Source of the DNA: Eledone cirrhosa
Lineage: Eukaryota
Length of the DNA: 64,000 nucleotides
Assembly: GCA_964016885.1 (NCBI GenBank)
Contig: OZ024747.1
Span: 63,116,001-63,180,000 of the forward strand
Direction: 5' to 3'
Part shown: in pieces, positions 12,671-26,003 of the stretch
Layout of the letters: each line of letters opens with the position of its first letter
Numbering within the stretch: the first letter of the stretch is position 1
Notes under the pieces: model-generated
What the model was told of the DNA's origin: nothing
What the model saw: only the letters and a program-made list of their open reading frames with translations
Database searches by the model: none
Translations under genes and position numbers: made by a program

Positions 12671-14404
12671 TTACAAAGATCGGAAGCCATAATCAGTTGA
12701 TTCAGGTTTATTTAAATCTTTGTTATACATATTTTGCTAAGGTCTACCAATTTTCATGGCCTGAACCCCTCAGATGGCATAGAAACCTATGAAAGTAAAA
12801 GACCCCCTTTGGTCATGAATAACCATGAGTTTTGGACCTAGAAAGTTCCTCTCTGTGGCACAATCTGGAATGAAATATTTTCTGGAAGACCAGCAGTCAC
12901 CCATGCATACTAATCTTCTCTCTCCACTTCACTGATGTTTTACATGGGTAAGACCAATGCTGATACAGAGACGTCACAACTCATTTTGAGGGAACGGGAG
13001 CAATGCGAAACAAAGTCTCTTGTTAAAGGGCGCAATGTACCACCCAGTTAACACAATTGTGAATAGAATGCTCTAACCAGTAAGCCACACACACACACAA
13101 ATACAGACACACACACATCATCATGATCATCATTTACCATCCATTTTCCCAGCTAGCAAGGGTTGAATGGGTCATCCTAGACCATGTCAGTTCTTAATCA
13201 GATCTGCTGACCTCTGGGGCCTACATCTCACTTATATACATTCTCGTATTTATTTATAGAGTTTACTGGGTATATTTTATCATACACACATATATTTGGT
13301 GCATTATACATACACACATATATGTATGTATAATGCACCAAAACTATAGTGATTTCCAGAGGTTCACTGGGGAGATGGGATTGTCTGTCTTTCCATTTTC
13401 CCCAATGTCTTTGTCCTGTGTGCCCCCTATTTTGAATATATATATATATATATATATAGGTGTGTGTGTGTGTGTGTGTGTATGTGTGCATGTACACTCA
13501 CACATATATATGTATATACACATACACTTACATACACAATTAATTCTGTTCTCAAGCCTCTGACTTCCAATTAACTGAAACATTCTCTCCTAGTCTTCAG
13601 CTGCCATATCATATCAACAATGGCACTACTTCATCATAATATCATAACGGATGTATAGAAGTGTTTTTTCCTCTGTATTCTCCTCATAAATACCATCATT
13701 TTTTTTTTCTTTACATGTGATGGGGAAAATATTTAAAATATATATGATTTGTTTGTTTATATTCAAAATACTTATCAGCAAAGCATCATTTTCTTGACTG
13801 CTCAATAATAAATTAATCCAAACATTTCCTATTTATCATGCTGGGATATATTTTAGTTCTTGATGGCTAATTATACGTTAATGGTGAATATATATAATAT
13901 AATAGGTGTGTGTATGTTCGTGCGTGAAGACGTTTACTATGTGTTTTTTTAATTTCAATACTTTATGTTCCTTTGTGTAAAGAGTGGAAAATATATAGAT
14001 TAGGGTGAATTAAAATTAAATTTCCCCTGCAATCTTGTTTTATTAGAAATCAAAACAATGCAAAGTTATTGATTGCAGAAGATATGAAATGCCACGATAT
14101 TACAGCTTAAATAGAATTTTGATTCAACCTAGTTTCTATAGGTATGTAAAGTGCCTATAGAAACTAAGTAGTAAATAAAGAGATAAATTTGATAAGTTTT
14201 AGAGGCATTATTTGAAAAGGACCAAGATCATGAATAATGCTATTGACTTAAACAAACAAAGCAACTTCACTTGTTTATCAAATGTGAAAATGTTATGGCA
14301 AACCCATGCCACCCACCCCCTTGCTCCTTTGGAACATCACAGTGATTTGTTTGAGTGTGTGCATATATATATATGTATATATATGTCAGAGTGGAAGTGG
14401 TAAA

Positions 14405-14459
14405 AGCTGTTAGACCATTTACTCACCAGAGTACTCTATACTTGGTCTAGTAGAGTGGG

Positions 14460-14505
<46 letters not shown>

Positions 14506-14520
14506 GTATATATATATATG

Positions 14521-14560
<40 letters not shown>

Positions 14561-14740
14561 CATTATAAAATGTGAAGACCCAACAGCTGAGCTCTTGTAG
14601 TTTCAACAGTTAGTTCCAGACTGGAACTAATTGTTGCAACAGCAAGAGCTCAGCCGTCGGTGTCTCAACTCTTTATAATATAGCCATACTCTACTACCCC
14701 AAGTATTGAGTACTCTTTTGAGTAATGGTCTAACTAGTTT
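14405..14740. mobile_element. Fold-back element related to 236-432, interrupted by (TA)n
   Basis: 14408-14460 is inverted at 14680-14734; inner hairpin 14575-14665. Confidence 0.6.
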
Positions 14741-15292
14741 CAAACTGAATCCATGCTGATGTATATGTGTGTGTGTGAAATCTACATTCTAGTTCCTTGT
14801 CATGATCGATGTCATCATCATCATCACCATCATCATCATCAGCAGCAGCACCATCATCATCAATTGCATCTAGTCTCCATGCTAAAATTTGTTGGATGAG
14901 AGTTTTGTGATAGGTTTTCTACAGTTAGAAGTTAGATGCCGTTCTTAAGGCTAACACATACTTTATTTATGGAATAGTTTGCTCATTTATGTTAAACTGC
15001 TAAGCAGTGGAATTTATTTTTATGCAGGACAGAAACAAACAACACTGCTTTCCTGAAATGTTGATGTGAAGAGGCATATAGTAAATTGACATACACAAAC
15101 ACACATATATATAACCCATGCAAGCGTGGAACACGGACGTTAAACGTTGATGATGATGATGATGATGACATGCATACACTCAAACATTATATACATATAT
15201 AGTTATAATTTGCTTACGAACCAAACATTTAACAGTTCAAGACATTTAATTACTGACAATTGTTTCTTCTCACTGATATACCACATAGAACA

Positions 15293-15393
15293 AGAGGTCA
15301 ACTTTGCCTTTCATCCTTAAGGGGTCGATAAAATAAAGTACCAGTAATGTGCTGGGTAATTGCTGGCCTTGTGCCTAAAGTAGAAACAATTAT
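15293..15393 (+). mobile_element. SINE family 1, 3' half
   Basis: gaggtcaactttgcctttcatcc...gtagaaacaatta. Confidence 0.8.
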
Positions 15394-15427
15394 TTTTAAC
15401 AATTTGCCATTATTGTAACTATATATA

Positions 15428-15772
15428 GAGGCACATGGCTTAGTGGTTAGAGCATTGGCCTTGCAATCGAAAGGTTGTGAGTTCAATTCTCAGACCAGGT
15501 GATGTGTTGTTTCCTTAAGCAAGACACTTTATTTCACATTGCTCCAGTTTACTCAGCTGTAGAAATGAGATGATAGGGGATGGGGTCCATATCATTCCAC
15601 TGCAAAGTGGTCGTGTAGGTGTCACGGCAAAAAAGCACCCAGCACTCACTGTAAATGAGGTTGATGTTAGGAAGGGCATCTAGCTGTAGAAATCAAGCCA
15701 GAATCAGTTCCTGTCCCACCCTTGTAAGCAGGGAAAAGCGGACGTAAAATGAAATGATGAAATGAATGATGA
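15428..15772 (+). mobile_element. tRNA-derived SINE, family 2, full length
   Basis: A-box tggcttagtggtt, B-box gagttcaattc, central cctt.agcaagacactt domain, (ATG)n-like tail; near-identical to 55049-55398 and 58483-58817. Confidence 0.9.
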
Positions 15773-15864
15773 TATACCGGCTTTGCATGATCCTATCATT
15801 GTATTCAGTTAAAATACACCTAGTAAATGAGTAAAATTTACTCTCATTAATTATTATCAACAGT

Positions 15865-16050
15865 GGTGGATTGGCCGTATGGGTAGAGGGTTGGACACCA
15901 TGCTTTCTAGCATAGTTACGTCCCTTTACGATCTGTGTTCAAATCCCACCGAGGTTAACTTTGCCTTTCATCCTTACGGGGTCGATAAAATAAAGTACCA
16001 GTAATGTACTGGGAAATTGCTGGCCTTGTGCCTAAATGTAGAAACAATTA
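15865..16050 (+). mobile_element. tRNA-derived SINE, family 1 (young copy)
   Basis: Highly similar to the reverse complement of 59201-59383. Confidence 0.9.
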
Positions 16051-16212
16051 ATTATTATCAACAGTCGATCAACAAGTCGATTAACGAGTGGAGTGGAGCT
16101 CCTCAAATTGGACCAAGGAAACAATGTTTCCATTGGTCTTTCCAATTGATAATGCTATCTGTCGGTCACAAATCCAGACAGAATCATTAATTATACATAT
16201 ACATATATATAT

Positions 16213-16455
16213 ATCATCAACATCATTTTATGTCCATTTTCCATGTTAGCATGGGTTAGGTGGGTCAGGTGACCATGTCTTACTCATATAGGACTGTTTC
16301 TGTCTAGGTTTCTACAGCTTGATGCCCTTCATAATGCCAACCACATTTACAGTGTGTACTGGCTGCTTTTTGCCATGACTCCTACATGACCACTTTACAG
16401 TGTGGTGGGTGCTTTTTGGCGTGACACCTACACTATCTCTTTACAGTGTGGGCTG
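16213..16455 (-). mobile_element. SINE family 2-related 3' segment
   Basis: ttctacagc.tgatgcccttc.taatgccaacc motif plus (CAT)n end. Confidence 0.7.
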
Positions 16456-17190
16456 AATTTATTTAAACTCATTAACATACAGGGTGGTTGCTGAGACTAA
16501 GTATATTATCAAATATACTATACATACATTCATATATATATATATATCATCATCATCATCATCATCATTATCGAACATCCTCAAACATATATACACACAC
16601 TTGTTGGCCTGAAGCTCTAGTAGAAGACATTTGCCTAAGATGCCTCTTTGTGGGATGAAACCTGAAAGCATGGGGTAGCGAAGTGAACTTTTAACCACAT
16701 AGCCATGTCTGAACTTATAATTCATGATAATCATTATAAAGATTCAGTTCTTTATAGACAAAATAATTTAAGAACTAGATTTTAAAAATGCATTTCAAAG
16801 CATCAACCTTTGGGAATCCTGCCAGTAACCAGAAAGTCTCATGAAAGTTATATATTTTTCTTGTATTCCAAATCAAAGTAAATTTCTTTTTCATCACAAG
16901 ATTTTGGCAGAAGAAAATATTTCTTTAAGTATATAGATTATATATTTATGATTATATTTATATATTTATGATTATATTTATATATTTATCATTATACTTA
17001 TATATTTAAAAATATATAAAATTATGATTTTCTGTCATTTTATGTCAGAAAAATATTTACTTTTTAAATGCAAAAGAAAAAGGAACAAATAACAATCCTT
17101 TTATGGTAATTTTACGGCTCTATGACAGCTTTCATACTTATAATAAGGTACTTTTTCTAGTAGTGATTTATAATTGGATGCCCTCGTGGC

Positions 17191-17449
17191 CAGGGTTGGA
17201 TTTAATGTGGGGCAAAGGGGCCATTTGCCCCAGTGACAGCCATAGCAATTTATTTGTGTCCTCAGCTGGGCTTTTTAGTTTTAGGATGGTTAGAATTTAT
17301 TAATTTAATACCTTTATGTATAACTTTTCAGTTCCAATTATTATTTGTGCCAAGCTTACTTTAATATATAAAATTTTACACTTGCTGTATATTCTAATTT
17401 TTTGTGTATGAGGGCCCCGCCCCAATTCTGAAGTCTAGACACAACTCTG
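17191..17449. mobile_element. hAT MITE
   Basis: CAGGGTTGGATTTA terminus; 8-bp TSD ctcgtggc/ctcatggc. Confidence 0.8.
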
Positions 17450-17644
17450 CTCATGGCACCAGCCCTTTGAGTCATCTGTGACAACACACAGGGATATCAA
17501 GTACCTATTCTAAACTATTTGCACACAGAATAACTCTTTGCCAATAGATAATCATCAAATTTAAAATATACCTTTAATAGCTTAGCAATTTCAAATTAAA
17601 CTATTTAAGAATTTTTCATATAATATCTAACATGTGTCAACGTT

Positions 17645-17820
17645 TTGGATTGTCAGTATCAGTAGAATTTCAGACACCATGCTTTGTGTAATTACATCCC
17701 TTTACATTCTGAGTTCAGATGCTGTTGTAGTAATGTACCAGTAAAGCACTGGGGTTGATTTAATCAAGTTTCCCCTCCCAAAAAATTGTTGGTCTTGTGC
17801 CTAAATCAGAGACCATTAAT
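17645..17820 (+). mobile_element. SINE family 1 (internally deleted)
   Basis: Head and tail match family 1. Confidence 0.7.
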
Positions 17821-18482
17821 ATTCTATCATATGTTGCTGATATTTAAACATTGAAAATGATAAATTTACTTTTATTTCTTTTGATTCTATTCATTATCCA
17901 ATCATTCGTTGGAAATTACAAACATTAATTACATTGATAATAATACATACATTTCATATTTTGCTTCACAGCACTTTTAGCATTGCAAATTCATATTTGA
18001 AGAGATTTATAAAATGTTTGTAAAAATGATATAGACTAATATGTTTCCTTGATATACTTTTAAAATAGAGAAATCTTTTTGTGTTTCTTCATAGAATATG
18101 TGGCTGTGTTGATTCAGAAAATAACTGAACATTCAAAAGCATAACTGAAAATATGAATTACATGTTATGAATATAAATTTTAAATAAGCATTAATATCTA
18201 TCCATGTGTAAAGCCTTAATTATTATTGAATGTGTACATGAAAACATTATTTACTTTAATTTTTCAAATCCAAACTTTTTTTTTTATGGTTGCCTTCATA
18301 TATTTATATCCCTGTGACATCTAAATACATTTATCAATCAACCATATACCAAATATATGGGTTCTTGATATTATGAAATAATATGAGCATTTTATATGTA
18401 AAGGTATTTGTCAAAGGAGAAGAACCCAGGAAAATCTAAACACTTTTACATAATATAGATTTAACAATAAAATTTAATATTA

Positions 18483-18767
18483 TTAACCATCTTTCCAACA
18501 ACCTTGAGCACCTTTTTGAATTCCATATGTCTAACACCCATGCACATGCTTACAAAATCAGAAAACAGTACAGTTGACATGACTTTCGGAAATATTTTTT
18601 CACACTCCGAGTTTCTGAAGCATGGAACAATCTATGAGATTTTGATATTATCTTTTTGGGGAATAATTCCTTAACATCAGTATGAGCAGCCAGTTATTGC
18701 CGGTTTGAACAGAAAGAGGTGAGAGAATTCTGGCTCGATATGGCTGGTTTAATTGCTAAAGAGTTAA
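18483..18767. mobile_element. TTAA-flanked MITE
   Basis: Homologous to 10997-11212 and 54078-54334. Confidence 0.65.
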
Positions 18768-19558
18768 AGTGTTTTGCACAAGAACACAACTTATCACCTG
18801 GTCCAATAATTGAACTTACAACCTTAATCTTAAGTGTCCAACACTCTAACCATTAGGCCATATGCCATTCAAAAGCATAACAACTGTTATATTCACTTTA
18901 CATTTATCCTGTATTTCCTGGTGTCAACATTTTTGTCACACTGGCTGCAACCTAGAAATAAAGGATAAATATAAACTGAAAATAACATGTTATAATATTG
19001 CCATAATATTGCCAAAAATAGTTTGGTTTGGTTTTCGCTTCAGTATATATATTTTTTATATTTCCATAAATAATTTAGATGGTATTCAATGTTTACCATT
19101 GCATTTCTACGCATGTCCTCTGTGGTCAAAACCCATATTTCACTCCCAAGCAGCATCACGCACCACACACAGGTGTCATACAGCCTTCCTTTTGTATTTA
19201 ATTAAATTTACAGTAATGAAGAACATTGGTTCTGCTGCCTCAGTTTTGTTTACTGAAATGGCAGTGAATACAATTACAGATTTAGAAAATAGTTGAAACC
19301 ATTTCTAAACATATCTCTCAACAACTTTCATTGTTTTTAAGCCTTCTTTGTCCATATTTCTAACAAAATATATTTGCATTTATCATAATAATTATGTATT
19401 TCAAGGGATTTGATAAAATAACATATAGTTATTAATGCTAGTGCCATGTTACCTTGCACTCGGTACATTCTTTAAAGTAATCAGTGTTACAAATAGAATT
19501 CAGCTGTAGAAACCATACTATAAAAAGAAATGTATTAAGTAAACTGTGCTCCTACAAC

Positions 19559-19811
19559 CAGGGTTGGATTTAGACCTTGGTGGGGCCAAGGCACCACAGG
19601 TTTGCAGGGCCCCCTCATACACAAAAAATTAGAATACACAGCAAACCTCCAATTTTACATATTAAAGTTAGCTTGGCACATTTAATTGGAATTAAAAAGT
19701 TAAACATACAGGTATTAAATCCAAAAGTTCTAACCATCCTAAAACCAGAAAGTCCAGCTGAGGGTACAAATGAATTGCTATGGCTGTTGCCTCCCATTAA
19801 ATCCACCCCTG
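19559..19811. mobile_element. hAT MITE
   Basis: TIRs CAGGGTTGGATTTA / TAAATCCACCCCTG; 8-bp TSD cctacaac/tctacaac. Confidence 0.85.
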
Positions 19812-20834
19812 TCTACAACCTACTTAAGAGGAGAATAGCTCTGATTAGGTACTGATGTGGTCATTAACAACCCTTCCAATTCTTGCCAACACGGTTGGTA
19901 TTGCAAGAGTTAAGAGCAATATTTCTCTAAACTTGATAACTAACTTGAACAGGAAAGAAACTCATCTGATATTTCCTGTATTCTCTGCTCTAAATCACAT
20001 CTTTTATCACTCATCATTATTTGATTCTGTTCATGTGAAAACTGCTTCTCATTACAACTCTAATTTCATTTGTTTCTTTGACTTCTGGCCAAATCAATTG
20101 TAAAATGTATCTGGGAAATGTTTTGTAAAATTCTTACAATAAACAAAGTATGACCAGAAACTTACCCAGTGTTGAAAAGAAATGATTTCAATTGAGATTT
20201 TCCTGTAGTTTTCTTGAATACTTTCATAAGAAAAACAATCAAATCTTTTATGATTTCTAAGTAAGATTTATTTTTAGTGTCCTACTAAGTATATTTTGAT
20301 TAGTTTCCCCACAGTCTCCAACAGTCTACTATACTACAATCTACACATTTATCAGTAAAGTCAATAACTTTCTCATCTTTTGTTTCTCAGTTCCCACTTG
20401 ATATTTACCATCTGCCTAAATCATTAGTCAAATTCTATTTTCTACTAAGCCAGATATATCTTTTAATAAAGTGATTTATTGGTTTTATAACATTTTCTGA
20501 AATAGTACATGTGATAAAATGCCAAATATATATATCTGTAAATTTACAATTTTCTTTACTAAAAATATTGGGTGTGAAAAGCTGCATACGGTTTATCAGC
20601 TGAACCTTGCACTGTGCTTGAAATATTAAATAACTAAGCCAGCCTATTATAAACTCAATGGATAGTGTGTGCTTTTAGAAACACAAATAGTATGACAATT
20701 ACCTACAGCTGGAACTTATATACAATATGCATTGAGATTTTCAGACCTGGCAAAGGCAGTTTTTCATGACATATCATCATCATCACCACCACCATATTCA
20801 TCGTCATCATCATTATCATTATAATCATCACCAT

Positions 20835-21830
20835 GACACCAAAAAAGAACCCAGCCCACACTGTAAAGTGGTCATGTAGCTGCCATGACAAGAAGTACCC
20901 AGTACTCAGTGTAAATATGGTTGACATTAGGAAGGGCATTCATCTGTAGAAACCAAGCCAAAATCAGTTGTGTACGAGCAAGACATGGCCACCTGACCTG
21001 ACATTTCTCACAACAAGACATATCGTCAAACCCATACTAGCATGGAAAAATGGACGTTAAATAGTGGTGTTGATGATGATCATCATCATCATCTTCAACA
21101 TGTTACATCTAATGAATTTACCAACAAATGGACCATTTCAATTATAACCAGATTTAACAGTTTGATGTAAAAAAAAATACACATGTGGCCTAATTTTTAT
21201 GGTGGTGGTTTCACAATTGCAAGAGCAAGGATTTTATCTCTGGACCTGGAAGTGTGTTGTATTCTTGAGCAAGACTGTTAATTTCTGCTAAAGACATTAA
21301 TACAACCCCCCCCCCCACACACACACACACAGACGTACGTATGTATATATATATGTGGGTGTTACGACAAAAAGCACGCATCCCACACTGCAAAGTGGTC
21401 ATGTATGAGTCATGACAAAAAGCACCCAGCACACACTGTAAAGGTGGTTGGCGTTAGGAAGGGCATCCACACATAGTAAATGTGTTTGACATGAGGAAGG
21501 GCATCCAGCCATAGAAACCTAGCCAGAAACAGTTCTATATGTGCAAGATATGTTCACCTGATCCAACCTGCCTCAAATGGGACAACCCGTCTAACCCATG
21601 CTAGCATGGAAAATGTACATTAAACAATGATGATCCTGTGTGTGTGTATATGAGTATAATATGCACCTAGTACTCTTTAAATTAGTTGGCATTAGGAAGG
21701 GTATCCAGCTGTAGAAACCAAAAATGCAGCATCTGTGCATGACATGATCTTCTGGCCTATCAATCCCAGATCGTGCCAACCCATCCTATATATGCCTGCA
21801 TGGAAAACCATCGGGCAATAACAATAATGA
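20835..21830 (+). mobile_element. Cluster of SINE family 2-related 3' segments
   Basis: Repeated ttaggaagggcatccagc..tagaaacc...aacccatgctagcatggaaaa blocks. Confidence 0.7.
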
Positions 21831-22179
21831 TTGACACATATGTACATTTCTGTGTGTGTAAACGCATAGATCTTCTAATATCAAGTTTAAAAATATATTA
21901 TACATATCTTCACAATACTTAATCCCTCCTCATTAAATATATATCATAATTCCAGAGTGTGATTATCTTTATATCCCCCCCCCCCCTCCCGCCGCCGCCC
22001 CCATTATATTACTGGGTGTAAACAATAAGAGTAAACTAATGTTAACTCTGTTAACTCATTACAAGCAAGAAAATCTTTCGTTTTATTTACTGCTATTATC
22101 TTATCTTTCAACCTATTATCTCTCCACCAATCAAAACATCTCATTTTAAATTACTCTTATATTTCATTTTCTTTCTGTG

Positions 22180-22655
22180 TGCCTAGCTGTGGGTATGTGT
22201 TTGTGTATTTGTAAATGTATGTATGTAAGAGTCTGTGTGAGTGTGTCTCTGTGTGAGATTATCAGGGGTTTGGGTGTGTGTATGAGTGTGTAATTGTAAG
22301 TGTGTGAGAGTTTACGTGAATATGTCTCTGTGTGAGAGTGTTGGGATAGGTGGAGTGGGGAGTGAGTGTGTCTCTGTGTAAAAGTATCAGGTGTGTGTGA
22401 GTGTGTAATTTTGAGTGTATGCATGTGTGTGTCTGTGCAAGTATCTGTCTGTGTGAGATTATCAGGGTGGGTGGGTGAATGTGTAATTGTGAGTGTATGT
22501 ATGTGTCTGTGTGAGTGTGTCTCTGTGTGTGTATCAGGGTGTGTGTGTGTGAGTGTATGTATGTGTGTGTCTGTGTAACAGATTCAAGGTTTCAAGGTGT
22601 GTGTGTGAGTGAGAGTGTGTGTATATGTGAAGTATATACATGTGTATGTATATGT
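22180..22655. repeat. Degenerate (TG)n low-complexity tract
   Basis: Directly visible. Confidence 0.85.
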
Positions 22656-23299
22656 TGTTAATGTATCAGATGTAGTTGAAATGAAGTTTATGCATGTCAG
22701 CTGAATGTTCTTCCAGTTGCAACATTCTGGTTCCATTGTCACCTGCTGTGTTATCTTGATACAAATCAATCGATATAGTTCAATTAAGATCCTTATCTCT
22801 GTTAATTGGGAAACAGAACGAAGCTAACATTTGCTCAACGGATGGACCACATCCAGTTTTAGAAGGAAATTGGTTGAGAAAACGTATAGCTTGACAACGC
22901 TTGGATTGTTTTTCATGCTAACTACATTTGATAAGAGGTTGTCTTGAATATTAATCAATAAAGATTAAAATAACATTAGAACGTTGGTGCCATTAAGTCG
23001 GTGGCTTATTTAGAACCCTTATTCTTTAGTGTAAACAAATATCAGGTAAAGTTCTATTGACACTTTGTAATTTATCATGTTAGCAATGAAGGCATGTGGC
23101 TTAGTAGTAAGGGTGTTCAGCTCATTATTGTAATGCTGGGAGTTTGATGCCTGCTGGCATGTCATGTCCATGAGCAACACGTTATTATTGTCCACTCAGA
23201 TGGAAAATATAAATTGTTCATATAATTCAAAAGGCCAGCATATTTGTACACTCTCAGAAAAGTTTGCCATCTCTCTAAGTCTACTCTGGCTAAAGTCTG

Positions 23300-23535
23300 T
23301 CTCAAGCCAGTGCTTATCCCAGTTTTATGGCATGAAGCAACTGAGAGTACAAGACTCCCTGCGAACAAAACAGCATTCCACCACAGGGTTAAACATTCAG
23401 CTATTGCTGGTACTCATTCTCAACTGGATGCACTGGAGCAATGGGAAATGAAATGTTTTGCTCAAGAACACAATACACAACCCAGCCCAGGAATCAGACC
23501 CACAACATTATGATAATATCCCTTACCACTAAGCT
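23300..23535 (-). mobile_element. SINE family 3
   Basis: tgctcaagaacacaa...ggaatc..acccacaac...accactaagc is a reversed tRNA head plus central domain. Confidence 0.7.
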
Positions 23536-24729
23536 AGCTCCGCTCTATGAAAATAGCAACACATTCAATGAAGAAGACTGAAAAAGCTAGCCTATTCATA
23601 CACTGCATCATGACGATTCTCCCTGATAACTACATAGGGAGAGCAAGAGAGATGGAGGCAGTAAGTGAAAGAGAGAGAACACCAATGCATACACACCTAC
23701 TTGATAAGTAGACAGTCAGACAGTCGGACAAAATATTTATAGAATACTCAGTCACTTATAAATTAATTTTACAAGCAGACTGTGCTGTTGTTCAAACAAC
23801 TAGAACACTCATCATCAAAACCAATAAAGATCCATCATACATATAAATATATGTTAGCAGTATTTTGTGAATTATTTTCAAATTGTAGCTGAAAGTTGAA
23901 AGCTATGTTTTTTAAATATAGGAATTATTTTTTAAAGATTATATATACTTGTGTATAACTTTCTCTGTTGTATAAGTCACACTCCATTTTACATACACTA
24001 TTCTTGGCTCAGTAGTTGATCCAAATACCAGGTTTTATAAGTCACTCTATTTTACTTACAACTTTCTTTGTTCAGTACTTGATTCACATATAACATTTTA
24101 TAGGTCTTTAGATATGTCTCATGGCCGATTTTATCGTTTTATTTGTGAAAAGTATGTGAGACTTATACATGAGTATATATTGCAGTCAAAACCATCACTT
24201 TGATAAAAAAAAAAAATTTTAAAAACAAAGAATCTCCAAATATGTAACATTAGATATTGTAATCGAATCTACAATCAAATGTTTTCAAGCAACATAATGT
24301 GATTAATGTTCACATTCTCAGTGGAGAATGTAGTTTGCCAATACAGCTAATAAACTACATATGGAAGTATAAAGTATATATGGAAGGAAGGCTTATAAAG
24401 TATACCTTGTAGGGTTATAAATACGATACATTAATTCAAAGTATATGTTTTCTTCATTATTACTTCAAAAAGATTTTTGCTTTATATTCTTGTTTCCAAC
24501 TTTGACTTTCATGTCACAGTTGTGAATACATGAAATTAAAAAGCATGAATATAATAAAACATGAATATAATAAAAACAACACATTAGAATACTCTATTAC
24601 GACTGGGAGATGTGACACTAATAAGAATAACTTGATTCCATGAAGCTAAATATAAAAATGAAATTCACAAATAGATTTGTTTCTTTTATTTTGGGGGATT
24701 ATTTCATTGGTTTTCCAATTCATTAGTGA

Positions 24730-24960
24730 AGGCTCATTGCTTGGTGGTTAGCATGTTGGGATTATGATCTTAAGGACATGGGTTTAATTCCCATACTGGG
24801 TGACAGGTTGTGCCCTTGAACAAGGAACTTCATTTCACATTGCTCTAGTTCCCTCAGTTGAAAATGAGTACCAATGGTAGCTGGGAGTTAAGCCTGCATT
24901 GGATTGGCATCCCCTCCAGGTGGGATTTTTATACGCTCAGTTGCTTAATGCCACATGATA
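24730..24960 (+). mobile_element. SINE family 3
   Basis: tRNA-like head, ccttgaacaagg domain, aaaatgagtacc. Confidence 0.65.
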
Positions 24961-25774
24961 CTAGTATCACTTTCAAGCTTCATTCCACCAATGCAGATGT
25001 GGAAGCAATCATTAAATGATAACTTTTTATATTATCTATTCTCATACTTTATTCACAATTTATAGTAATGTGCAAATAATATTTAAAAATGACAGTTTAA
25101 ATCTCTTTTTTTTTCTTGGCAGAAATATAAAACCATTTTAAAACTGTTGCAAGCTAAATTCTTTATTGTCAAATATTTTATTTATTCCTACCATTTGGGT
25201 GATATCAAACAGATACTTTATAAATTTATTTTCAGAACTTTTAAATTTAGATTGTTTCAATCCTGTGTGAATTCATGCATTGAACCTCAAAATAATAATC
25301 AAATATTTTAATGTATAATCTAGTTTAGGAAATAAAGTCAAACAATAAATCATTAGAATCTCAATTAGTTGAAGATTGTGAATGATGATTTGAACCTCTT
25401 CAGTGCAGTAGATAGATGAGATAACTCGTCCTAACATGTTTGAGCTCTTTCCCAACAGTTCATAACTTCAAAGCTAGATGGAGTTATTAGTTTATTGATG
25501 TGACGTTTGTCAATCATTCAGATATGTGTTGTTAATAAATGTTTGTTTTAAAAAATAGTTATTTTACTGGGAGAAAAAAGCAAACTGGCACAGCAACTGT
25601 AGCTGTGTAAAATATATGTGGCAGTCAACAGGTTAAAAAACATTCTATAGCATGAAGACTAAATATGTTGTAAGCATATAAATATAGTTTAAATTTTAAT
25701 GTGGTTTGACATACTTAGATATTTGTTTATCATACTGTAAAGTATTTCAGAGAATTTATTCATTACATGTTTTA

Positions 25775-26003
25775 GGCCACTTATTTGTGCCCTCAGCTGG
25801 GCTTTTTAGTTTTAGGATGGTTAGAATTTTTTAATTTAATACCTGTATGTATAACTTTTCAATTCCAATTATTGCACCAATCTAACTTTGATATGTAAAA
25901 TCATGGTGGCAGGGTTTACAGTGTATTCTAATATTTTGTGTATGGTGGAGCCTGCCTCCAAACCTGAAGTGCCCTGGGCCCCCCAAGGTCTAAATCCAAC
26001 CCT
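25775..26003. mobile_element. hAT MITE (truncated)
   Basis: Ends taaatccaaccctg; homologous to 19559-19811. Confidence 0.75.

Noticed and set aside
15428-15500. tRNA gene-like A/B boxes (also 55049, 58483)
   Set aside because: They continue into a shared SINE body and lack a proper acceptor stem: SINE heads, not tRNAs
18862-19296. 144-aa ORF in unique sequence
   Set aside because: No recognisable motif or splice context; starts in a SINE remnant
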